A stretch of DNA of 64,000 nt from Octopus sinensis (taxonomy: Eukaryota), in NCBI RefSeq assembly GCF_006345805.1, contig NC_043014.1:17794001-17858000 (forward strand), given 5' to 3'. This document shows, piece after piece, positions 13,401 through 26,275 of the stretch (position 1 is its first letter; the number at the start of each line of letters is the position of its first letter). The notes beneath the pieces are model-generated. The model searched no databases, was not told the DNA's origin, and saw nothing but the letters and a program-made list of their open reading frames with translations. Both the position numbers and the translations under genes were made by a program.

Positions 13401-15953
13401 GTGAATAAAATTTATAAAACTGACATTTGGGAGAACGATCTCGAAGCTTACTACCTCTCGTAATACCACATATCTAATTTATTTCCGGTCTATGTTGCTG
13501 TGATGAACCTTCCAAGCACAAATATGCAACTTATACCATCAACCACAGCGGTAACACAGTTATCCACTGCTATTGTAGCCAACATTCTCTGCTATCGATT
13601 GAGGAAATTGAGTGGGTACTTCTGTGAAGAATGATCAAGAAACAGACTTCTAATATTTCCATGCATTCTTAAATATTGAGACTTCATTTACTATTTCTTT
13701 TGTAATGCCATTGGCTGGTTTCTCGTTTCCACCCCTTAGTCTCCAGGAATATTTCGAAAGTTCTGGGTAATTGTGCTTTGATGTTTCATTAGTATGGTTC
13801 ATAATAAACACGGTATACGATGCTTAATTTTTTTGGCATTTGTCTTTTAGGTAACATATACTTCAACAATTTGAAGTATTCCTCTCCAAGCTAGATCTAT
13901 AAGAGCTATTGAACACAGCACAGCAAACTAATAAGAGTACACATAACATATACTATCTGACTCTCATTTTACAACAGTGAATTATTGTATTACACTGTGT
14001 TGTTTATCTAATGCTACATAGTATATCTAGGTTATGGGAAGCTAACATAGATAAACTTACCATAAGTGAACCCTAGGTAGGTCAGCCTTGCGTAACCCAT
14101 CCATTGTTGAAGTGACGCTCATGAGATACATTGAACTCAACACTTCAAGTTAACAAAAGAAAAGAGGAAAACAAAAAAGGGGGGGGGGGAGAAAGGGAGA
14201 ACAGAAAAAGAAACGAAATACATTCAAATTTACGGTTTTCTAAAACGTTCCAGTTGTCAATCGTATGTCCTCATCAGCGAAGCATAAACTTCATCGCGTT
14301 AAGTAATGACGACATAATCACTAAGTAAGTGGAAAAGATATTGTACATTGTTTGATATAGAAAAATATATCGATTATATATAATTCAAACTCGCCGAAAA
14401 CATGAAAAAACAACTAGTAAGACTGTAAACACATTTAGAGCAGGTAGCATTAAAAATTTAATCTGAAATAATTATTCGGTTAGAGAGATTATTAAACGAT
14501 TATTTTGATTGATAGACAATTTATATATCGTTTAACTAGCAAAATCATAGATATTCAGCAATCACGGAAATATGGAGGCGTGTGTGATAAGGATAATAAT
14601 TAGAAGATGCCAAACTTCGTAAGTCATGCTTCGGAGTAACAAATTTTAACATTTCAGTTTCCAATAAGTAAACATGCATTCAGTATCGACTTTCACTTTG
14701 AAGGGCACACATCCAAACACACACACACACACATGCACACACACACATGCACACACACACACATGCACACACACACATGCATACATACACACACACAGAT
14801 ATATATATATATATGTATATGTATATATACATATGTATACAAATAATTACAAATGCAAATACAAATATAAATACAAATAATTATTTGTAATTATATTTCT
14901 CGTGTATTGTTTTGACGAAGGAAAAAAAGCATGTTTTTATGGCTTTAATCCTGAAATTGGACCAAATTCACAATTAACATGAAATCTTTTTACTATTTTT
15001 TCACTCGCCCGACTACAATTCGTGTATATTTTGGTGTTTTTCGGTAATATCCGAGTGCTTCGGCATTTTCAAGCACGTTGGAGAAAGGTCGTTTTTCGTC
15101 CATGCTCCCTCAATATAATTATATACATACATACATACATACATACATACATACATACATACATACATACATACATACATACCTATATATATATATATAT
15201 ATATATATAATTATTAATTTAATCTTTTATTGCATGCCGACTACCTGATAAAAAATCATTAACATGATTTCATCCTTATATTCTATATATCTATACATAT
15301 ATAATTGTTAAAGAGGACAACAAACGTTAAGGTAAGGTAAATATCTCAAGTCATATACATTGTTATTATTGTATATTAATTATTTCAAGGATATAAATAT
15401 CTCTAAAAGGGATGTCAGCATCCAAACTCCCCGGTTTTATCGAGTATATCAGTGAGATGCTAAAAGATATTAGCTTCACATTGATGGATATGGAAATATT
15501 ACCATTTATGTATAAGAAAAACAAGAAAATGAAGAAATTGACATATACTCTTAACTTTATTGAAATAAATCCACTTTCAACTAATATCAAACTCATAGAA
15601 CCTACAATTGTTTCCATGTCCAATCAATTAATTCAAATTAGAAAAATTAAATTAAAGATTCATATTGAATTATAGTTAATTGAACATTTCGTCAGAGTCA
15701 GAATTTGATAGAAAAAGGAACAGCATCCCAATGTATTAATATATCATTGGTAGACTCAGTATTAAATTCAGATGTGTGCACTTTTCCATTGTAATGTATT
15801 AAAAATAAACCGTTCCACGTGTATCTACAACTTTGTTTTAATTTATTTGTGCGCATGCGTGTGAATCTTTAATTTAATTTTTCTAATTTGAATTAATTGA
15901 TTCTTATGCATTTTCTAAATAGAAGAATGAGAACATTACTTCATTAAAAAAAA

Positions 15954-16040
15954 AAAAATACAACAGGGATGTAGCTGAAGTCTGTCGAGGCTTACCGTGA
16001 TTTTCGCGACAGACTTTAGCTACGTCCCTGCCGTATTTTT
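15954..16040. ncRNA. Candidate pri-miRNA-like hairpin
   Basis: 24 bp stem (2 G:U), 2x2 mismatch, 8 bp lower stem, 19 nt loop. Confidence 0.4.
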
Positions 16041-16569
16041 GAGATATTCTTCTGTTTTTGAAATTATATTTCGTTTTTTTGCAATGAAGTAATGTTCCCA
16101 TTCTTCTATTAAAAAAAAATGCGTAAGAAACAGCTGAAATGAGCTGACGATTATCCATCGTTTGTTATTCATTTGATTATAATACGCGATAGGAATTTAC
16201 GACACGTCAAATACCAATTGAGTATAGCAACAACTTAGAATCAACGTGTGCATTAGACCAGCCCCTAAGTGATAAATATTCATAGGGCTGGTGTTCTCTG
16301 TGTGTACAACCGGAATATCCTACTTGCTATTTATCAACAATAGGCGGTAACCACAGGTTTATCCAACCCTACCTGGTGCATATCTTTTCAAATACCCGAT
16401 TCTATCCGAATCCTTATTACATGTATATATATATATATATACACCTATTAATATATACATATTTATATGTATATATATATTATGCGCACGCACCCCACCC
16501 CCACACACACATATATATATACACATACTCATACACCCACACACACATATGTGTATATATATATAATAT

Positions 16570-17660
16570 TATATTATATTATATATATATTATAATATAA
16601 AAATATATAAATATATGCATATATACATTCATATATGTATACATATATATGTATATATACATGCATATATGGGTACAGGACAAAAAAAAAAACAGACAGA
16701 ATGAGTAACGAGAACGTAAAAAGCAAAAACATAGAAAATGAACTTTTTCGGTTTTCCTTTTTTTTTGTTCTTTATGTTCTCGTTTCTCATTCTGTTTCGT
16801 GTTTTGATGTCCTGTACCCATACATGCATGTATATATACATATGTATGTACGTACGTTCATATATGTATGTATATATGCATATATTTATATATTATTTAT
16901 ATTATTATATGATCCTTTTCCAAGTTTTATCTTAATAAGTACGATGCGCACACTTATTCTATCTCTTTTCTGTCTACCTATCTCCCTCTCTTGTTCTTCC
17001 TTTCTGTTTTTCTCTCCCACCCTTTCCCTATTCTTCTCCTCTCCCCTTAACCGTTCCTTCTCTCTCACTCTTCCTCCTTGACTCTCTCGTTGCTCACACG
17101 TGACTAACAACAGTTCTTTCTTTCTTCCACATCCTTCCTAAAGACAAGACGTGCTTTTATCTTTTCTCAAAGCTCGTTTTTCCAGCGTTCAGCACTTCAC
17201 ATCGTCTTGGCTCAACAACCCTCACTGTTTGTTTTTACTGTTTTGTTCTCACTGTCCTGTTTTTGTTACCACTTTCACCCTCCGGAAAAAAATCCCAAAT
17301 TTTATTTAATTTGCTTTCCGGGAAGGACTGTTTTAACGAAGTCGAGTCTTGTCCTTACTTTCAACGCGGGGTAGATAAAACAGAGACAACTGATGAAGGG
17401 AATTTCTTTATGTTGCCTGTCTCGTTTCTCTGTTTGTTTGCTTTTTTTCGATGTCCGAAAAAAAGTTCGTTTTCTATGTTTTTGTTTTTCATGTTTTCAT
17501 TTCTCATTCTGTCTCGTTTTTTTTTTATGTCCTGTACCCATATATGCATGTATATATACATATATATGTAGGTATGTACATATATGTATATGTATATGCA
17601 AATATTTATATATTATTTATATTATTATATGATCGAACGTCACGCATCCTTTTCCAAGTA
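16570..17660. repeat. Direct plus inverted terminal-repeat arrangement, PLE-like
   Basis: tcctgtaccc arm at 16810 and 17530, inverted at 16671; related inverted copy at 62830-63095. Confidence 0.55.
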
Positions 17661-17661
17661 A

Positions 17662-17749
<88 letters not shown>

Positions 17750-17794
17750 AAGAGAGTATGTGTGTGTATACATGTAGTAAATATATGTTTATAA

Positions 17795-17998
17795 ACGTGG
17801 TGGGAACTGGAAAGTTCCTGGTTTTAAGGGTATTACAAAAGGCCTGGTTGTAGGATCAACATTCAGTGTACTTTTACAGGGCATAGAAAAAGTGAAGGAC
17901 CGCTGCAATACGTGTGTGACTCTGTTGAATGAAATCATAATTAACTGATCCTCTTGTATTTTCTTATACCCAAAGACAGGAACTGTTTCGCATCCTTA
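17795..17998 (+). mobile_element. ~200 bp mariner deletion derivative
   Basis: Imperfect TIRs gaactggaaagttcctgg / caggaactgtttc; internal GIEKVKDRCNTCV like mariner C-terminus. Confidence 0.55.
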
Positions 17999-18098
17999 AT
18001 ATATACATGTATAGGCATATAGCATATATGTATATATATATGTGTGTGGTGTGTGCGCGCGCGTGTGTATGTATGCGCGCGCACACACACGCATATAT

Positions 18099-18132
<34 letters not shown>

Positions 18133-18196
18133 ATAAGTTTACTGTTGTTTATCGGGGGTAACCTAACATAAATAATAGTCACATTCAGAAAATCAA

Positions 18197-18279
18197 TTTT
18201 GACTTGATCTTCAAGCTTCGCTTAGGGCTTATTCAATCAGTCGAACTGAATAAGTCGTTTGGCGAAGCACCAGTCAAAA
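18197..18279. ncRNA. Candidate pre-miRNA-like hairpin
   Basis: gcttcgct/ggcgaagc plus ggcttattca/tgaataagtc, 11 nt loop, lower stem ttttgact/agtcaaaa. Confidence 0.3.
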
Positions 18280-18959
18280 CAAATTCTGCCCTACATATAT
18301 ATATATATATATATATATAAATCATAGTATCAGATTAAGAATATCATTATAAGCAAACAGGGAGGGGCTCTAACAACACTATTATATTTATACTCTGTGG
18401 GTTAAAGTTTAAATGTTAAACATATCATATTTGATAAAAATCATTTATCACGTCTTTGAAAGACATTATATAGCTTTTACTCTCTCTATTTTTAAACAGA
18501 TTGAAAAATTAATCTTATGTTTTTGTAAAAAGTAAAGTTTACTACACATGGTGTTAATCAGCTGGTGAAAACCCGTATTCTCACAGTCCTCGTATACAAT
18601 ACTACATACATACATACATAATACATACATACATATACATACATACATACATAATACGTATATATATAATATATATATATATAGATATATATATTTATAT
18701 TATAATTATATATATAGATATATATATATATATATCATATATATATATATATATATACATACACATAGTATATTTTGTATATTATACATATGTGTATATG
18801 TAACAAATTTATATATGTGTGTGTGTGTTATCATATCCATACATACACTCACACACACACAATATATATATACATTTCTCACAGTCCTCGTATACATACA
18901 TACATACTACATAAATACATACATACATACATACATACATACATACATACATACATACG

Positions 18960-18992
<33 letters not shown>

Positions 18993-19153
18993 TATATAGA
19001 TATATATATATATATATATATATACATACACATATGTATATATTGGTATATTTACATATGTGTATATATGTATACAATTTGTATATATGTGTGTGTGTGT
19101 GTATTCATATATCCATACATACACTCACACACACACAATATATATATACATAT

Positions 19154-19712
19154 GGCACAGTAGTGGGTGTGTGGTAAGTAGCTTGTTTACCAACCACATG
19201 GTTCCGGATTCAGTCCCACTGCGTGGCACCTAGGGTAAATGTCTTCTATTATAGAAGTAGATTAGGTAGACGGAAACTGAAAGAAGCCCGTCATATATAT
19301 ATATATGTATGTATGTGTATGTGTGTGTGTGTTATGTTTGTGTGTGTTTGTCCCGCTAACATCGCTTGACAACCGATGCTGGCATGTTTACGGCCCCGTA
19401 ACCTAGCGGTTCGGCAAAAGTTGCCGACAGACTAAGTACTAGGCTTATAAAGAATAAGTCCTGGGTTCAATTCCCGGCGATGTGTTGTTTCCTTGATTAA
19501 AGCACTTTATTTCACGTTGCTCCAGTCCGCTCAGTTGGCAAAAATGTGTTGTACCAGTATTTCAAAGGGCCAGCCTCGTTATATTCTGTGTCACGCTGAA
19601 TCTCCTTGAACATTACTTTAAGGGTACACGTGTCTGTGGAGAGCGCAACTTCTTGCACGTTAATTTCTCGAGATCAGCTGGAACACTCGTCGTCGTAATC
19701 GATGGAGCGCCA
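19154..19712 (+). mobile_element. SINE group A fused to 5'-truncated SINE group B
   Basis: A sequence to aagtcctggg (~19465), then B ttcaattccc..gcactttatttcacgttgctccagtc..gtcgtcgtaatcgatggag. Confidence 0.75.
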
Positions 19713-20049
19713 GTTGTTTGAATGAATGAATGTATGTATACAAATATATACTGATAAATGCATATATTTTCAATAGGTAGAACACTGTCAATTGATATAC
19801 CATATGTTATTGCCATAGTGGGACTGAACCTGGAACCATGTAGTTGGGAAGCAAACTTACAATACACTTATGGTTTATATGCCCCATTATTAGACTATTT
19901 TATTTAGTCATTGCCCCGTGATCGCTTTAAAATACTATTATTATTTATAAAATTGTAAAAATGACGCGGCTTAACAAAAACCATGGCAGATAAATATACA
20001 TACATACACATATATATATATATATAATATATATATATAATATATATAT

Positions 20050-20088
<39 letters not shown>

Positions 20089-20589
20089 CACACATACAGA
20101 CGCATATATATACATATACACGAATTATTATATTACATACATAATTATGTAATATTTAAATATTTTTATACAAATATTTATATATATATATATATATATA
20201 TATTGTTTACACATGTATATCTATTTACACATATATTATCTATATTTTATTTGAACACACATACACACACATGTTCATGTCTCTGCGTGCGTACGTGTGC
20301 ATGTCTGTCTGTATGTATAGTGTAGTAGTTAGTCATTTACTCCAATCTCGACAAAGAACACCATGATACTACACAAGTGGGGTTGGATTAGTGGTGGGCA
20401 TGTTTTTCATATTTCCTTTCCTTTATTGTTCTTCTGTGACCACATACAGGGACACAGTTGTATTGATCATATCTAATGAGAGAGATCAAGTTTATATTTG
20501 TTGCATTTGTACACACCTAGATACACGTGCACACATCTATTTACACGTGCGTATCAAAAAGGAACCAAAGGTCCTTCTCAACCCATAAG

Positions 20590-20790
20590 TCCATAAGGCT
20601 GGTTTCCGGGTTTCTGTGTCGAGTGTATTCCCCACTCGACGGGACGCCGGTCTGTCGCTGGATTATTCATTTTTGGAGCTGAGTAGACTGGAGCAACGTG
20701 AAATGGAATGTTTTTGGTTAAGAACACAACACATCGCCCACTCCAGAAATCGGAACCACGCTCTTACGATCATCAGCCGAATACTCTAAT
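20590..20790 (-). mobile_element. SINE group B variant (gggacgccggt tail); similar copy 26400-26570
   Basis: Shared ctgagtagactggagcaacgtgaa..aagaacacaac core. Confidence 0.7.
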
Positions 20791-20952
20791 CACTAAGCGT
20801 ACGCATCTCAACACATTTATGTATGCATAAATATAATGTACACACTGGCAACGTACTCACACTCAAACACACTCACATACATACACTTCCAATTCCCCCC
20901 ATAGAGCAGCACTCCAATTTGGTCTCTAAATCTTTGCCTTTTTTTCACTAAA

Positions 20953-21521
20953 TATTTGGTTGTCTGGAAAGTTCATGTCGATTTATAGTAGTTTACATTT
21001 CGACTTATTTTAGAACATGGTTGAGTCCATAAAATAGGATTTGACTACACCTCCATTTAGAGCACAGTTTAAGCTATCTTTTCGTGGAAGAAGGTTTATG
21101 TTCCTATAACCTGTGTTAATTCTGTAACCGTTTAAAATGGAAGATAAGAAAGTTCATTTTTGGCACTTGATGTGTTGGGAACTAGACAAAAATTGCTGCA
21201 GCTTGGCTGGGATGTTTTACCCCACCCTCCATATTCACCAGATATTGCTCCTTCGGATTTCCACTTATTCAGGTCTCTGCAGAATAGTCTTAATGGTAAA
21301 CATTTCAATTCCTTGGATGACGTAAAAAGATACCTTGATGAATTCTTTGCCTTGAAACCACCTCAATTCTGGGAAGAGGTATTTCCAAGTTAAAGGAGAG
21401 ATGGAGACGCATTGTGCAACAAAATGGTTCATATTTGGTTGATTAAAAATGTAATGACAGGTATTTATTGACCTTTTTGTTTCCTTTAAAAATCGGCACG
21501 AACTTCCCGGACAACCCAATA
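20953..21521 (+). mobile_element. Internally deleted mariner with both TIRs
   Basis: 32 bp imperfect TIRs 20953-20984 and 21490-21521 with terminal TA; MEDKKVHF joined to LGWDVLPHPPYSPDIAPSDFHLF. Confidence 0.9.
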
Positions 21522-21654
21522 TTTCTTCTTGAGAGTCCTCCCATTTTTCTTAATTTTGATCTGTTCTTCTGGTGGTGGTCCGTCTAGCTGTTTTGCAAAA
21601 GCACTTCTTTCACTTTGAAAAATTAGGTTTTACAAATCAGGAGCAAGAAATTAC

Positions 21655-22270
21655 AAAATACTTGATGCACAAAAGGGACACGGACGATGATAAAAGATCT
21701 TGATGAGACAATCGATGGTGCCTCCGATGAATTAACATCGTGAACGTAATCCATAAAAGTAATTGCTCGAAAATGTCCTCTCAGGATTACCTACCAACGA
21801 GACATGAGACCATGGTTAGAACATTATATAATGAAATCCGTAAAAACGAATAGTCAAAGGGGACAAATATATAGAAACTATCGTGTTATGGAGGGTATAA
21901 CCACATATAATTTGGAGTAATATCGGTGGAATGTCCCTGTCAAGACTTAAGTAAAATGCAAGCTTAACAGACCAGATAATGTCATCTGAGACAAGGAATA
22001 AAGCGATGCGCAATAGTTGAAATCAGCTGCCCGGAAGATGTGAAGGCGATGTAAACGATTAGTGGAAAGAAATGAATGCGGAAATGAGACATCTGCAGTT
22101 ACTCAATCCAGACTACAGTTTTCGATTACTACAAAAAAATATTAGAACTGTTGGTTACTTGAATTGCTACCTAATACCAATCTTGAGAAACTATGTTTGA
22201 TAAAACCAGAAAGGATATGTCTAATCAGAATATCCTCAAAGTATAGAAGGAACAGTTAAAAGAGGCCTGG
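21655..22270 (+). mobile_element. R4/Dong-like non-LTR C-terminal RLE relic
   Basis: Hand translation YLPTRHETMVRTLYNEIRK, WNVPVKT*VKCKLNRPDNVI*DK, CAIVEISCPEDVK (RH..V and PD..E motifs). Confidence 0.7.
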
Positions 22271-22789
22271 CACATAATAGGTACATACACACGTGTACAG
22301 ACATGCAAACATATGCTTGAGTACATTAACATACGTCAAATTATGCAATGATATATTTTCCTGCGCCTCTGTATACGTGTACACATGCATCTATGTACAC
22401 ATATATACTTAGATGCATACATGCGTGCATACACACATATATATACGCAACCACATACCTACGTACGCACAAACATGCGTACATATCCTTAAATATATGT
22501 ATGTATCTAAGTATAAATTATGTATGTACATATGTATGAATGTCTGCATGCATATATATATATATATATTATTTAGCTCAAAATTACATAACTTTCTGAA
22601 AGTTAAAAAAACCACAAAAAGCTGTAGTGACTCTGGAATTGGATTATATTCCCGCACTAGTGCTACATGGATAACTACTGAGCCATTTGTATGAACATGT
22701 AAAATTTCTAGTATATTAAGTATATAAATGGCAAATATTTTCTTCTCATTCATGACAAGAAGCCAAAGCATTTAGATCATCCTAATACT

Positions 22790-23780
22790 ATATTTGAAAT
22801 GTGAAAGTGATATTGATGGTGAAATCCTTTTAACATTGGATAGACCTAATGAAAGTGCTTGATTAGAAGGTTGCAACTATTGTTTATCATCTAGCAAAGG
22901 TTTTTATGACATCATGTAGTAGTAATGAGGCGAGTGTAAAGCTGGTGTAAAATCTAGTGTTGCAACAGTTCTCAGGGAATATAGTTCTAATGTGAGAATT
23001 TGATACTGACTTAATCGTAGATTAAGAGTTGCACTGAGAGAAGTTTATGGAATTGATCATTTTCAATCATTTATTGGTAAATGTTTCTCTACTTACTGCA
23101 TATCCCATGTAAAACAAACAGAAATATCTGAATGAAATTCTGAGCTAAAACAACAAATCTGCAAAATAGCCTGTGTCAAGTGCACCATGTGTGTAGGAAG
23201 CTTGTTCGAACAATTTCAAGTCTGATAAAATTATGAAGCACCGCGTCTTCATTAAAAAAAAAAAAATGAAGAATGAAACAGGATCTGGGTGTGACAGGAA
23301 TAAATTATGAAGGTCTGTTGCGCAGGGATCCTTTACAACAGTTTCTATTTGATTCAGACCTAATGTATGATATGTCGCATGAATTTGGTTTACGGTAAGA
23401 ATGTTTGTAGAGGGACATTGCTAGGATTATTTCTGTGGACAAATTGATCAACAAGTGAGCTTCCAACTTGATGCCAATGACACAAGTTATTATGCAAATT
23501 TCTCGCTCTAAATCAGCTCAATCTCATGCAAAAATCTCCAAAAGTAATGTGGCAGTTGAAAAGGAGTAGTTTGGAAAAATTACCCCAAGCAACAGCAGAA
23601 CTGTCTTCATTAATCAAGTTTCTTAAAAATTGCAGCACCGTTTTGTTTACGACATCCTTGAAAGGTTCTCAAATTTCTGAACCACAAAGTACGCCTAAAT
23701 CTCAGCAAAATGAAATGTATGTCCTTGATATATGCATTGGCTTGCTTAATTGTAGTGATGACATCTCTCCGTAAGAGGTT
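22790..23780 (+). mobile_element. hAT transposase relic, KIAA1586/ZNF862-like
   Basis: Hand translation ~22920-23220: EASVKLGVKSSVATVL..LNRRL.VAL..GIDHFQSFIGKCFS..ELKQQICKI. Confidence 0.6.
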
Positions 23781-24395
23781 AAAGCCTTTTGCTTAATTTA
23801 TCATAAACGCTTGCAATGATTATGTGAAGGATTCTGGACTTCATACTACCATTAATCACCACCACTACTGAGCTGTTTATAACTTATTCTTATGTACATG
23901 AACATGATAATAACATAATAGTCACATGAACATGATAATAACAACTCATAAGCCTGTATCAGATTTTAGGTTTGTTAAACTACACAGAATTTCTCTAGTT
24001 ATTAAGCTGTGTGTCTGATCATAGCCGCGTTAGCACAGATCAACAAATGACACTACAACAAAAGTTGGAATAGACTCGCCAACACAAATTATGTCTGACG
24101 TATTTCTATAAATTATTGTAACACTTCTCACTGATGGCAACTGCTAAACAAGTAATTTCTTCCAAATTAGTAAAATACATCATTACCACCTTTTTCTTTA
24201 TGTGCTAGATAATTGTATTTTAAGACAATTCGTGAGTGCGCGATAGACTGCGCAACCGTGTAATACTTTGTCATATTGAATAAAGTATTATGTATTTAAT
24301 ATACGGCTTATGCACTGAAAGGTGCATTGGACTGGTTTCCGGGTTTCTTTGCTGTATATATATATATGTATATAATGTGTATATATATATATATA

Positions 24396-24820
24396 CTCTT
24401 TACTCTTTTACTCTTTTACTTGTTTCAGTCATTTGACTGCGGCCATGCTGGAGCACCGCCTTTAGTCGAGCAAATCGAGCCCGGGACTTATTCTTTGTAA
24501 GCCCAGTACTTATTCTATCGGTCTTTTTTGCCGAACCGCTAAGTGACGGGGACGTAAACACCCCAGCATCGGTTGTCAAGCAATGCTAGGGGGAAAAACA
24601 CAGACACACAAACATACACACACATACACACATAAATATATATAAACATATATACAACAGGCTTCTTTCAGTGTTTCCGTCTACCAAATGCACTCACAAG
24701 GTATTGGTCGGCCCGGGGCTATAGCAGAAGACACTTGCCCAAGATGCCACGCAGTGGGACTGAACCCGGAACCATGTGGTTGGTTAGCAAGCTACTTACC
24801 ACACAGCCACTCCTGCGCCT
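24396..24820 (-). mobile_element. Near full-length SINE group A
   Basis: Complete head and tail on minus strand. Confidence 0.9.
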
Positions 24821-24823
24821 ATT

Positions 24824-24975
<152 letters not shown>

Positions 24976-26275
24976 AAAATAAGCAACAAGGCTATCCAGA
25001 GGTAATGCAGTACGATCGTTTCACGCAACTCCATTTAATTGAACACTGAAAACATTTTAGGGTAGTGCACCATAGAAAAACAAAATTGGTATAAAATTAG
25101 ATTGTCCCATAACATAAATATTTCCTTAGCTAATACCAGGTATCAGTTTTTATTGATACTAGCTAAATAAGTAAATATATAATTTTTAGTTTAGTATATT
25201 TTGAATTTTTATACATTTTCTATATATCTTCTCTATTGTGGTTAATAAGCTACATATACTTTATCATGTTTTTAGTGATTAAGCTATTTTATTCCTTTTC
25301 TATGGTGTTCTGCCCTACCTGATTATTTTATTTCTTTATTATTTAATATTAGCTTTTATTTATTTATAAAATAAATCTAATATTTGTACCTCTATAAATT
25401 CATACGTAGTTTATATATAACAATACTGCTATATTCACTACTTAAAATAAACTGCTTAGATTATAATAAAATTAATTTATAGTTAGTATGTTCTTTTACC
25501 TCAGTACTCCTTTATTAAATACTAGCATATACCAATTGATCAATATTTAAGTTTATAATATGTATAAATATAAATATCAAAATATTTCTGGATAATTTCT
25601 TTTCCTCCCTCTATTGTATATACTCAAAAGTATTCATAAAACATTTTATCCTTCTTCTTAATAATCCTCTGAATAACCCTAAACCTTAACTTTATACAAT
25701 ATCGCAGTATTGCTTAAAATATTTAACTATAGTACTACATGATAAGATTTCCCCTGTTTCATTATTAATGGTCTGCTAGTGGCCAGCCCCCTTAATTTTC
25801 AGCTAACATCTTGATTTAAGTTTTCCAAATGCCAAATCTTATGATATTGCTTCAAATAAATCTTGATTTTTAAGTCTATACCCATTATGATTTCTGTCGA
25901 CTCCTTCAGCCCTACCCCTAATAGACACGGCCTTAGATATACAAGGATTTGATAAAACTAGCCTATAAATTAAAACTGACCCCATAAAACAGTGACAAGC
26001 AAAATCTGTAACAAGTCTTTCTTCCTGATACCTTAGTAGCTTTTAAGTGGAAGGAAAGGCAGCATGTTCTTTGTCTATCTCCTTAACTTGTTTGAGATTT
26101 CAGGCAAACTTATACTAATGTGTCCATCTGTTTTAATTTAATTAAATTCTATGTCTTTGTGCAGCTGAGGATTGCTCTGCATTTAAATTGTTGTAATGGT
26201 TGCATTGTTCAATTAAATGGAGTTGCGTGAAACGATCGTACTGCATTACCTCTGGATATCTTTGTTGCTTATTTT
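24976..26275. repeat. 70 bp inverted repeats (68/70) around ~1.15 kb; hammerhead-bearing terminal-repeat family
   Basis: 24976-25045 versus reverse complement of 26206-26275; diverged relative at 10713-10790. Confidence 0.8.
26159..26246 (+). ncRNA. Type I hammerhead-like motif with long stem II
   Basis: gtgcag CTGAGGA ..57 nt irregular hairpin.. GAAA cgatcg TA ctgcat; palindrome ACGATCGT. Confidence 0.65.

Noticed and set aside
14225-14285. Minus-strand CTGATGAggac...GAAAaccgTA
   Set aside because: Stem I and the base of stem II do not pair; at most a decayed motif.
15412-15675. 87 aa ORF in unique DNA
   Set aside because: AT-driven K/I/N composition, no recognisable domain.
17365-17470. 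CTGATGA preceded by gtc-ttgtc..gacaa pairing (also in the 62950-63030 copy)
   Set aside because: No correctly placed GAAA with stems II and III; not counted as a hammerhead.
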